DNA from: Nanobdellota archaeon
Lineage (GTDB): Archaea > Nanobdellota > Nanobdellia > Pacearchaeales > GW2011-AR1
Assembly: GCA_038044985.1 (NCBI GenBank)
Contig: JBBSYY010000012.1
Coordinates: forward strand, 5,973 to 69,972
Length of the DNA stretch: 64,000 bases
Direction: 5' to 3'
Under the pieces are notes generated by a model. The model was given only the letters and a program-made list of their open reading frames with translations, was not told the origin of the DNA and made no database searches. Every line of letters starts with the position of its first letter. Position 1 is the first letter of the stretch. Made by a program: the position numbers and the translations under genes. Shown here in pieces: positions 28,045 through 36,152 of this stretch.

Positions 28045-28455
28045 TTATTTTACAGACTTAGATGCACTAGATCTTGTAGCGCCGATTCCAGCTGCGCCAT
28101 GTTTAACTTTAGATCGAGTAACTGAAAATTCTCCTAACCTATGACCCAACATTTCTTTTTCAATCTGAATAGGAACAAATGTCTTGCCATTATGAATATG
28201 TATTTTCATGCCTATCAATTGCGGAACAATAATAAGACTTCTTAAATGAGTCCTTATAAGTTTTTTATTCTCAATTTTTTTATCGCATCTTATAACAAAT
28301 TTCTGTATCTTGTCATATTGCCTTAATATAGTTCTTTTTTCGTTGCTTTTCAATAATTTTGCAAATTCTCTAATGTCCATTTTTTTTAATTCCTCTAGAG
28401 TGTTGCCTCTATATGTGAATTCCTTTTTCTTTATTTCAAATGTTTGATCTGTCAT
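28045..28455 (-). CDS. rps19: 30S ribosomal protein uS19
   Basis: HNGKTFVPIQI...GHRLGEFSVTR motif. Confidence 0.9.
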   Translation of the reverse strand: MTDQTFEIKKKEFTYRGNTLEELKKMDIREFAKLLKSNEKRTILRQYDKIQKFVIRCDKKIENKKLIRTHLRSLIIVPQLIGMKIHIHNGKTFVPIQIEKEMLGHRLGEFSVTRSKVKHGAAGIGATRSSASKSVK

Positions 28456-28598
28456 TTTTTATTTTTATTTTGTGTTTATTTGTTTACTTGATTAATAATC
28501 ATAAACCTATTAAGCGAGAACTTCTGTTCCAGCTTATCTAACTTATTATTAATCTTCATTATACGTTTTTTGTTTAATTTTTTATTTTTAAAATATTA

Positions 28599-29468
28599 TC
28601 ATACTAAAATTCCTTTCCCCCTGCCAGTCTTCCTAGGCCTTATATGGCCAACTTTTGCTCCTGGAGGAGCATTTCTTTTTGCTATTTTGCTTTTGATTCT
28701 TTTTCCTCTACCACTTCCAAAAGGATGGTCTACAATATTCATTTTTACTGCAGAGGTTCTATGCCATTTTCTTCCTACAGATTTCATTTTATAATATTTC
28801 TTGCCTGCTTTAACAAACGGTTTTATTATTCTGCCATCTCCTCCAACAACACCTATAATTGCTCTACAATTTTCATGCAGTTTTATCTTTCTTCTTTTAA
28901 CTTGTATTTCAACTTTATCATCTTTTGTTGTTATAATTCCAAAACTTCCAGAACTCCTAAAATACTTACCGCCATTTCCAGGAACAGCCTCAACATTAAA
29001 GACCGTCGTACCTTGCTTAATGTCTTTTAGTTTTAAAATATCCCCAGTTTCAGAAATTCTGCTTTCGGGCCTTTTTCCAATATAAATTTCTTTTCCCTCA
29101 TAAATACCATCAACAGCAGGCACGAAAAATCTTATTTTTTTATTTTTGTCTTTTTGTATATTAACATCTAATGAAGTTTGATCGCTCTTACTAACTTGCT
29201 GTTTATTTTTATTCTCAAGTTCTTTTTTAAAGCTAATAATATTTCTAACTTTTTCTTCTTTAGGATTAATACTACTTATATTACTGCTAACAACCTCAAT
29301 TTCAGCAAGAGGAGCTGTATGCCCAAGAGAATTAATTAACCTAATAACCTTACCGATACCTTCTATGTTTAGACTAGGGTAACTTATTTTATATATATAA
29401 GCTCTTGGTCTAACTCTATACGTTAAACTTCCTTTTCCTCTTGCTTGCGAATATATTCTTTTTCCCAT
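28599..29468 (-). CDS. rpl2: 50S ribosomal protein uL2 with an about 50-aa internal insertion
   Basis: L2 motifs (GHTAPLAEI; VDHPFGSGRG; PPGAKVGHI). A Lys/Asn/Ser-rich insert (ISSINPKEEK...QKDKNKK) lies between the N-terminal OB and SH3-like domains. Confidence 0.9.
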   Translation of the reverse strand: MGKRIYSQARGKGSLTYRVRPRAYIYKISYPSLNIEGIGKVIRLINSLGHTAPLAEIEVVSSNISSINPKEEKVRNIISFKKELENKNKQQVSKSDQTSLDVNIQKDKNKKIRFFVPAVDGIYEGKEIYIGKRPESRISETGDILKLKDIKQGTTVFNVEAVPGNGGKYFRSSGSFGIITTKDDKVEIQVKRRKIKLHENCRAIIGVVGGDGRIIKPFVKAGKKYYKMKSVGRKWHRTSAVKMNIVDHPFGSGRGKRIKSKIAKRNAPPGAKVGHIRPRKTGRGKGILV

Positions 29469-29469
29469 T

Positions 29470-29709
29470 TTATATCATTCCTAGTTTAGTAACAACATCA
29501 ATTGCAGGATCTCTTGCATTTAATTTAGCATAAACATACTTTTCATTTTTTCTTATTAAGCTATTAATTTTATCTACCTTAACATTAAACATATTCTCAA
29601 TTTCCTTTTTAATTTCATCTTTGGAATTTCTCATATCTGTCTTAAAAACCAAAGTATTATTAAGTTCGATTAGCCTAACTGCTTTTTCAGACATAACTAG
29701 TTTGAGCAT
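29470..29709 (-). CDS. rpl23: 50S ribosomal protein uL23
   Basis: L23 pattern (LVFKTDMRNSKDEIKKEIENMFNVKV). A GGGAGG Shine-Dalgarno-like motif lies upstream of the ATG. Confidence 0.88.
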   Translation of the reverse strand: MLKLVMSEKAVRLIELNNTLVFKTDMRNSKDEIKKEIENMFNVKVDKINSLIRKNEKYVYAKLNARDPAIDVVTKLGMI

Positions 29710-29853
29710 TTTTCCTCCCTGTTTATAGGCTTTTTATTTATTTTATTAGTAATCCTATAAAGATTAAGAATGCTAGAAACTCTATTGTTATTTCTTTCTC
29801 CAATATTACCTAAGTTTATTAATATTTTAATTATCATTTTAAGTTTTGGTTTT

Positions 29854-30672
29854 TTATTTCTCCTTACTATTTTCTTTAAAAAAATCTTCAAGTTCTTTAA
29901 TCGCATTTTCGCTAAACATAGTTAATCTTGCTCCGTTTTCGGCTAGATCATTCACACTTAATTTTTTAACTTTAATAGTTTCAATTCCTCTAATTTTCTT
30001 ATTTTCATCATTGCTTACGATAAACAATAATCCTGCATTTTTTTTATATTTCCTGCCCCTCATTTTTCCAATCCCGGCTCTCACCGTCTTTTTTTGTATA
30101 GCTATTCCATATAATTCGCCTAAAATTTTTTTTAAACTTTCCAATAATTCTTTTGTTTTTAGCTGAAAAATTTTATTTTCAACAACCAAAGGCAGCTTAT
30201 TATTAATTTTATTAAGATTGTTTAAAGAATCATATTTTTTCTTTAGCTCTTCAAAATTAGAAATATAACTTAATGCTGATAATAATGCTTTTTTTAGTTC
30301 TTTTTTATTTATTTTTTTTATTTTATAAAGCCCTCTTGGAGGGTGGGCTCTTCTACCCCCTCTTGCGAAAGGTACTATTGCTCCTTGCCATGAAAATTGA
30401 GTTCCTCTTCTCCAAAAAGCTTTTTTTGGTATTCTTGCAAGCCCTCTTCCTCTGTCAGATTTCCACGAATGTCTTTTATGTCTAACATTTCCACTTGCAG
30501 ATCTATCCATTCCAGCATAAAGCTTTGTAGAATAAGGGTGTTCTGCTCTATTATTCATCTTTTCAGCTTCAACAACTTTAAAAATAATATCTTCTCTTAT
30601 TGGTTCTTCGAATAATTCTGTCTCTATTTCTCTTATCTTTTCTCCATTAATATTTAAAATTGGGATTTTCAT
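29854..30672 (-). CDS. rpl4: 50S ribosomal protein uL4
   Basis: GRGLARIPK...GGRRAHPP motifs; AGGAG upstream of the ATG. Confidence 0.9.
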   Translation of the reverse strand: MKIPILNINGEKIREIETELFEEPIREDIIFKVVEAEKMNNRAEHPYSTKLYAGMDRSASGNVRHKRHSWKSDRGRGLARIPKKAFWRRGTQFSWQGAIVPFARGGRRAHPPRGLYKIKKINKKELKKALLSALSYISNFEELKKKYDSLNNLNKINNKLPLVVENKIFQLKTKELLESLKKILGELYGIAIQKKTVRAGIGKMRGRKYKKNAGLLFIVSNDENKKIRGIETIKVKKLSVNDLAENGARLTMFSENAIKELEDFFKENSKEK

Positions 30673-31118
30673 TTATATTTCTCCTGATCTTTTGCTAGTT
30701 CTGTTTCTAATCTATCTACATAGGCTTCCCCTCTTTCTAAAAATCTAGCCCAATCCACCTCGGCCATCAAATCTAATCCAGAAAAAGTATTTTCTAGATC
30801 ATGAAGAATAATCTCTGTTTTTATTTGATAATTTTCTAAAACCTTTCTATTTTCTTCTTCAGAAGGACTTACAACAACTAATGCTGTATTATTTTTTAAT
30901 TCTGAGCGATAATGATGACATAAAATAGCCTCTGTTAATAGAAACTTATCTGAATTATGATTAACATAACGATAAGGAGGTTCATTATCAAAAACCTTAG
31001 GCTTAGGCATCTTTCTAAAATTTCCATTTCTACTGATAATCTCTGCAAATCTATGCGATTCTTCTAAAGATCCTACTCCAAATAAAAACTTAGCTCTTAA
31101 TCTCTGTTCCATTTTCAT
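30669..31118 (-). CDS. Operon-embedded orphan ORF O1 (149 aa, net acidic)
   Basis: ATGA overlaps at both ends, verified by hand (rpl3 stop 31115-17 with O1 ATG 31116-18; O1 stop 30669-71 with rpl4 ATG 30670-72). I recognise no family. Confidence 0.7.
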   Translation of the reverse strand: MKMEQRLRAKFLFGVGSLEESHRFAEIISRNGNFRKMPKPKVFDNEPPYRYVNHNSDKFLLTEAILCHHYRSELKNNTALVVVSPSEEENRKVLENYQIKTEIILHDLENTFSGLDLMAEVDWARFLERGEAYVDRLETELAKDQEKYK

Positions 31119-32083
31119 CTCAACTCAATAAACTCATAATTTTTTTTAATTTGATCTTTTGAGGGTCTTAAGGAAACAGTTACAATTAATTGCCTTTTTG
31201 CAGGACCTTGAACACTTCCATAAATTAAAGCATAGTCTTCTTTTATTTTACCAAAATTTTTAAAACCTTGTTCAGGATTAATATCTTCTTCTTTAAGGTT
31301 AGAAATAAAAATGATTTTATTATTATAAATAACTCTAGTAAAATAACCCATCTGACCAGCCATCGGTTGTGTAAATTCAACTCTTGCTGGATGCCACGGC
31401 CCCCCTGACCCAGGCCCTCTTATTCCTTTTTCAGATTTATGGGCCTGCAAACTTAATCCGAATCTTTTAGTCGATCCTTGGAAGCCCTTTCCTTTTGTTA
31501 TTCCTCTAACATCAACTAAACCATCTTTTAAAAATTCTTTATTTAAAAAATCCACAATTCTTATTTCTTTATTTAAATTCTCTTTAATAAAATTTAATTT
31601 TTCTTCAATTGTTCCAGAAAGTCCAATTTCAGCAATATCAGGAGTTTTTTTAATTCCTGTTTTTTTAGTTTGAGAATAAATAACTACTCTAATATCATTA
31701 TATTTTCCTTTATATTTATCAAAATCAACTTTATTTTTTATTTGTTTAGGAAGTTTGATTTTCTTTTTTAATTCTTTATCTAAATTTTGATTTAAGATCC
31801 CTCCTATCAAATTATTATCTTTATAAAATCTGACTGATAAAATTTTTATTGTTGGAAACTCTATTATTGTAACGGGGATGGTAATCCTTTTTCCTTTTGT
31901 TAAAGAATTAGGAGTGTTATCTTTAACATAAGCAGAAGCCATTCCAACTTTATATCCTATAAATCCTAGTAATCCTAGATCTTTTCTAGAAAGAGAACTC
32001 CAGTTAACCCTAGGTAAAATCTTGTTGGCTTTTTTCCTAGGATAAAACTGCAAACTTCCATGCCGAATATGTCCGCGCCTCAT
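31115..32083 (-). CDS. rpl3: 50S ribosomal protein uL3
   Basis: MRRGHIRHGSLQFYPRKKA start and a GKGFQG motif. It is the first gene of the cluster, with about 500 nt of intergenic sequence upstream. Confidence 0.92.
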   Translation of the reverse strand: MRRGHIRHGSLQFYPRKKANKILPRVNWSSLSRKDLGLLGFIGYKVGMASAYVKDNTPNSLTKGKRITIPVTIIEFPTIKILSVRFYKDNNLIGGILNQNLDKELKKKIKLPKQIKNKVDFDKYKGKYNDIRVVIYSQTKKTGIKKTPDIAEIGLSGTIEEKLNFIKENLNKEIRIVDFLNKEFLKDGLVDVRGITKGKGFQGSTKRFGLSLQAHKSEKGIRGPGSGGPWHPARVEFTQPMAGQMGYFTRVIYNNKIIFISNLKEEDINPEQGFKNFGKIKEDYALIYGSVQGPAKRQLIVTVSLRPSKDQIKKNYEFIELR

Positions 32084-32598
32084 CTTATAGTTATTTAATT
32101 ATATTTTTTATTTTTGTTGATAATATATTAATAAAATAGCTAGTATTCCGTATTTAAGCAGTTTTAATACTTACTAATCTTATTAATTATATTAATATTC
32201 TTGCTAATTTATTAGTAATTTACAATAATAAGCCAGAACTAAATAAATTAGCTTTTGGACAATCGTAACTTAACAGCTATTAGTTTATTACCCTGATTAT
32301 TGCTTTAACTTCCCCTTACTAATAATTATTTTTCTTAATTATTAACTTGATAGCAAAAAAGCTAAGAACTAATGTTCTTGGGCCTGTTAGTAAAAACCAA
32401 CCGCTATCAAAAACCTATTTATAAGTTTCAGATTTATCTATATGTAAATTAGCAAGAAAAAAAGAGTTTTTAAAGATTTCGTTATTTCTAACACATCTAA
32501 TTATTAATCGAATAAGTTATTAATAATTTTTAATAGATAATCTAAAGGTAGTTTAATATTTTAGAAAAGCTTTTAACTTGGTTTTAAGAAGTTTGTAG

Positions 32599-34077
32599 AT
32601 GGGCAAATATACAGTATATGAAGAAAAAGTTGACGAGTTTATTGAAAAATATTATCTACAGAAAATTGTCTCCAGTTTTCTGAAAGATATTAAAGCAATG
32701 AATAATAAGATGATTTCTATAATATTATTTGGAGGATTTGGAAAAGGAGAAGGGAGTATACAGTTTATTAACAATAAATTTGTTCCTTATAATGATTTTG
32801 ATTTTTATATTATAACAGAAAAAAAACTTAGTGATAAGGAACTAAACAAAATTTCTATGAATGCTTCAAAAGAAATTGGAATGGGTGGATTAGAGATAGC
32901 TTATTTTCCAGAGCAAGAGTATGATTCTAAAAAATTTTTTCATATAGATGTTAGATGTATCCCTTATGATCATCTAAGTAAATTAATGAAAATTCAAAGA
33001 TATTATGAATTAAAGTATGGAAGCAGAGTTATCTATGGAGATAAAACCGTTCTTCACAAAATTAAAGAAATAAAACCAGAAGAAATTCCTTTCTCAGAAG
33101 GTTTAAGGAACTTATTTAATAAATTACATACTATGTTATTAGGTTTAAGCAAGAGCTATAATAAAGAGCAAGAAAAAATTAAAATATTTTGGAGTTATAA
33201 ATGTTATTTATCAATTTGTGAGGCTTTATTACTCCTTGACAGAAAGTTTGCTCCAACTTCTGTGGAAAGAGCTAATCTTTTTATTAACAACTATAAAAAA
33301 GATTTTCCTGATTTGTATGAAATAATTCCAAACCTGCCAGAAAAAGTTAGAAAAGCAACTAGATTTAAATTAAAACTAGACTTTAATATTAATCATAAAA
33401 AATTATGGGATATCGCTTTAAAAGATATTTTAATTGTTTTTAAATATTATCTAAAAAAATTTGTTGGTGGTGATAATAATGGTGCTGAAGATATTGGGTC
33501 TGGAATTATTAATTACGTCGAGAATGGTGATATCAAAGATATAATTAATAACAAACTGCCTTATACTTATTTCAAACCTTATTTAAATGAAAGAATTGGA
33601 TTTAACTTCTTTTTATCTCAATATTTATTAAATTTTGGTTATTTTAATGTTTTAAGAAAAAAAGACAAGATTTATTTTAAACCGTTACTTAATTGGAAAG
33701 ATGTTGGATTAAGAATGATTCTTCCTGTTTATTATTTGTTAAAAGCTTATCAAGAAGTAGAGCAAGAGATAAAGCAAGAAAACATTCAAGAAATACCAAA
33801 ATCTCACACGAATCAAATAATGAATTCTAGATTAAATAAAAAAATAATAAAGACTACTTTAAATAATCATAATTTAACTCATTCAATTAATTTAATATCA
33901 GTTAATTCTAACTCAAATAATTCTGATGATGAAAATTTAATAATTAATTCTGAATATTTAAACAAAACTTATAATGAATTAAAAAAATTCATTAAGTTAG
34001 ATAATAAAGATTTTTGGTATTTAAGAGAGAAAGCTCTAAAGGCTTATGGTTTATACTATCAACAGAGGTTGTTGTAA
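32599..34077 (+). CDS. Pol-beta-superfamily nucleotidyltransferase-domain protein with a long helical and Asn-rich C-terminal region
   Basis: ILFGGFGKGEGS ... NDFDFYII (G-x-G-x-x-S plus DxD) NTase signature near the N-terminus. I do not recognise the remainder. Confidence 0.45.
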   Translation: MGKYTVYEEKVDEFIEKYYLQKIVSSFLKDIKAMNNKMISIILFGGFGKGEGSIQFINNKFVPYNDFDFYIITEKKLSDKELNKISMNASKEIGMGGLEIAYFPEQEYDSKKFFHIDVRCIPYDHLSKLMKIQRYYELKYGSRVIYGDKTVLHKIKEIKPEEIPFSEGLRNLFNKLHTMLLGLSKSYNKEQEKIKIFWSYKCYLSICEALLLLDRKFAPTSVERANLFINNYKKDFPDLYEIIPNLPEKVRKATRFKLKLDFNINHKKLWDIALKDILIVFKYYLKKFVGGDNNGAEDIGSGIINYVENGDIKDIINNKLPYTYFKPYLNERIGFNFFLSQYLLNFGYFNVLRKKDKIYFKPLLNWKDVGLRMILPVYYLLKAYQEVEQEIKQENIQEIPKSHTNQIMNSRLNKKIIKTTLNNHNLTHSINLISVNSNSNNSDDENLIINSEYLNKTYNELKKFIKLDNKDFWYLREKALKAYGLYYQQRLL

Positions 34078-34176
34078 ATTTTTAATTAGAATTCAATATT
34101 AGTTGGTTCTGTTTAATCGAATGGGATAAACTCTCTCTAAACCATGGTTTTCTAAGATAAATTAATTATTTTATTA

Positions 34177-34245
34177 ATCAAAAATTTCTTGTGTTTTTGA
34201 TAGAAATTTTTAAGACAGAAAAAATTAGATTTTTCTGTATTAATG
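34177..34245. repeat. Double-hairpin intergenic repeat, copy A
   Basis: The sequence atcaaaaatttcttgt...gaaattttt..gacagaaaaaa...ttttctgtattaat is closely similar to 59569-59630. Stems are 34181-89/34202-10 and 34215-22/34231-38. Confidence 0.75.
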
Positions 34246-34357
34246 ATAATTTTAATAAATAGTAGCATTTATTCTTGGTAAAAACTTGTTTTATTATAGT
34301 AGGCGTAACAATATCATTAAAGCTAAATTATTTATATTTAAGATTATTCTATAATAA

Positions 34358-34906
34358 ATGGGACAGTTTTACTTAGACATAGAAACTACTGGGTTAAATC
34401 CAACAAAAGACAAAATTATTACAATTCAGTTTCAGGAATTAGACAGATATACTGGGGAGCCTATAGGAGAGTTAATAATACTTAAAGAGTGGGAATCTTC
34501 TGAAAAAGAAATTTTAAAACAATTTATATCAAAAACAGATATTTTAACTGGAGATTTTAATTTTGTTCCGGTGGGTTATAATTTAAACTTTGAACACAAT
34601 TTTCTAAAAATAAGAACTACGATTAATAATCTACCGTTAATAGATATTCTTAATAACCCTTTTATTGATTTAAGGGCAATTGGAATTTTAATGAATAAAG
34701 GGCAGTTTAAAGGATCAAAACTAAGCAATTTAACAGGAAAACAAGAAGATGGAATAAATATTCCTTTATGGTATGAAAATAAAAAATATGATAGAATAAT
34801 CGATTATATAATAAATGAAACAAAAGAATTCGTAAAATTTAATGCTTGGCTTTATAAAAAAATGCCATTTTTGTTTGCTGAATTCAGAAATTCGAGTTGG
34901 AAGTGA
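34358..34906 (+). CDS. RNase H-fold (DEDD/DnaQ-like) 3'-5' exonuclease-domain protein
   Basis: The N-terminal YLDIETTGL motif (Exo I) is typical of DnaQ/PolB-exo-like proteins. Confidence 0.55.
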   Translation: MGQFYLDIETTGLNPTKDKIITIQFQELDRYTGEPIGELIILKEWESSEKEILKQFISKTDILTGDFNFVPVGYNLNFEHNFLKIRTTINNLPLIDILNNPFIDLRAIGILMNKGQFKGSKLSNLTGKQEDGINIPLWYENKKYDRIIDYIINETKEFVKFNAWLYKKMPFLFAEFRNSSWK

Positions 34907-35119
34907 ATTAAATGTTGCTGTGATAAGAATTTAATATAAGTTTTATGACTTTTTTTACAACTCAAGGTTCTGTTAGCTTAAAGGGTCATGAACTGCTTCT
35001 CTTTCTCTAGTTTATCCATAATATTTGAGATTTTAAATAAATAATTAATATCTGTTATAATGAAACTTATCGACAAGAATTGGTAGTATGCTCATTAACA
35101 GTGCCTAACTCAAAAAAAT

Positions 35120-35944
35120 TTAATCATATAATTTTTTTATTCCAGCAATATCTCCGCTATTCAGTGTTCTTTTTTTTGTTTCTCCTATTCCAGCAAATCT
35201 ATACATTGTTTCTTCAGTACAGGAATCAGAAGGATGAGCCATTCCAGCAGTATGTCCTTTTTCGTGTGTTGCAATATTCAGAAAATCCATTACGTTTGGA
35301 TTTATTGTTGCGTCGCCCCAGACAAAATCAGGATCGTTATAAACAACATCAAATTCTACAATTTTTCTATTAAATGTTGGTCCTGAAAAAACTCCCCAAA
35401 CTATTGCTACTGCAATTACTCTTGGATCTAAAATACTTCCAAATAAAACCTCGTTTTTTCCGTCTGGTGATAAAATATCAGCACCATTAACTATTAGACT
35501 AGTATTTCTTGTTCCAAAAACATCGAAAGCAACTTGGTCATCCCAAGCATTAAAACTTACTTCAACTGAATCAGCAACAAAACTATCACTCAAACCATCT
35601 GAATTTGTTGTATCTAAAACATATTGTTCTGTTGTTTTCCATTTTGCTCCTTTTGCAAGAAAAGCATAGCAAGTAGTATCACCTAGATGTGAACTACCTC
35701 CACGATGGCTTGCTTCGTCTTTTTTCTTTATTATCATATATCCTTCAACTACCTCTCCATTAACATCAACTGCGCTTCCAAGACTAAAAAGCCCTGGAGC
35801 AAGTTCTACAGCATGGCTTGGAACAATAACCTCTGCTCCTCCATTAGAAACAGCAGTTGTAAAATTTGGTATAGCCATAACTATTGAGAACATTACTATT
35901 AATAATAAAACGCTAATTAATCCAATAAATAAATGTTTTTTCAT
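35120..35944 (-). CDS. Secreted metzincin (matrixin/M10-like) zinc metalloprotease
   Basis: Signal-peptide-like N-terminus, an HEKGHTAGMAH (HExxHxxGxxH) zinc site and a downstream Met-turn (TMYRF). Confidence 0.75.
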   Translation of the reverse strand: MKKHLFIGLISVLLLIVMFSIVMAIPNFTTAVSNGGAEVIVPSHAVELAPGLFSLGSAVDVNGEVVEGYMIIKKKDEASHRGGSSHLGDTTCYAFLAKGAKWKTTEQYVLDTTNSDGLSDSFVADSVEVSFNAWDDQVAFDVFGTRNTSLIVNGADILSPDGKNEVLFGSILDPRVIAVAIVWGVFSGPTFNRKIVEFDVVYNDPDFVWGDATINPNVMDFLNIATHEKGHTAGMAHPSDSCTEETMYRFAGIGETKKRTLNSGDIAGIKKLYD

Positions 35945-36152
35945 CTTATTATAAAAAGGTTTATATTTTTAAACTTTGTTATATTGAAATATAAAGGTTC
36001 AATAAATAAACTTTTTAATGAAAGAAGAAACGAAATCTTGAACTCAACAAAACTTATTAATAACAACAAATACCACTAACCATTAATTATTTAAACTATT
36101 GTTAACTATATTTGTTATCTAAAATAAAAAGGTGTAAATTGAAAAAAGAAAA

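Noticed and set aside
29697-29906. Full-length 69-aa ORF between rpl4 and rpl23
   Set aside because: Its first 23 codons overlap the 3' end of rpl4 in another frame. Only the 46-codon portion from the ATG at 29835-29837 is a conceivable gene, and that is reported only as a low-confidence candidate.
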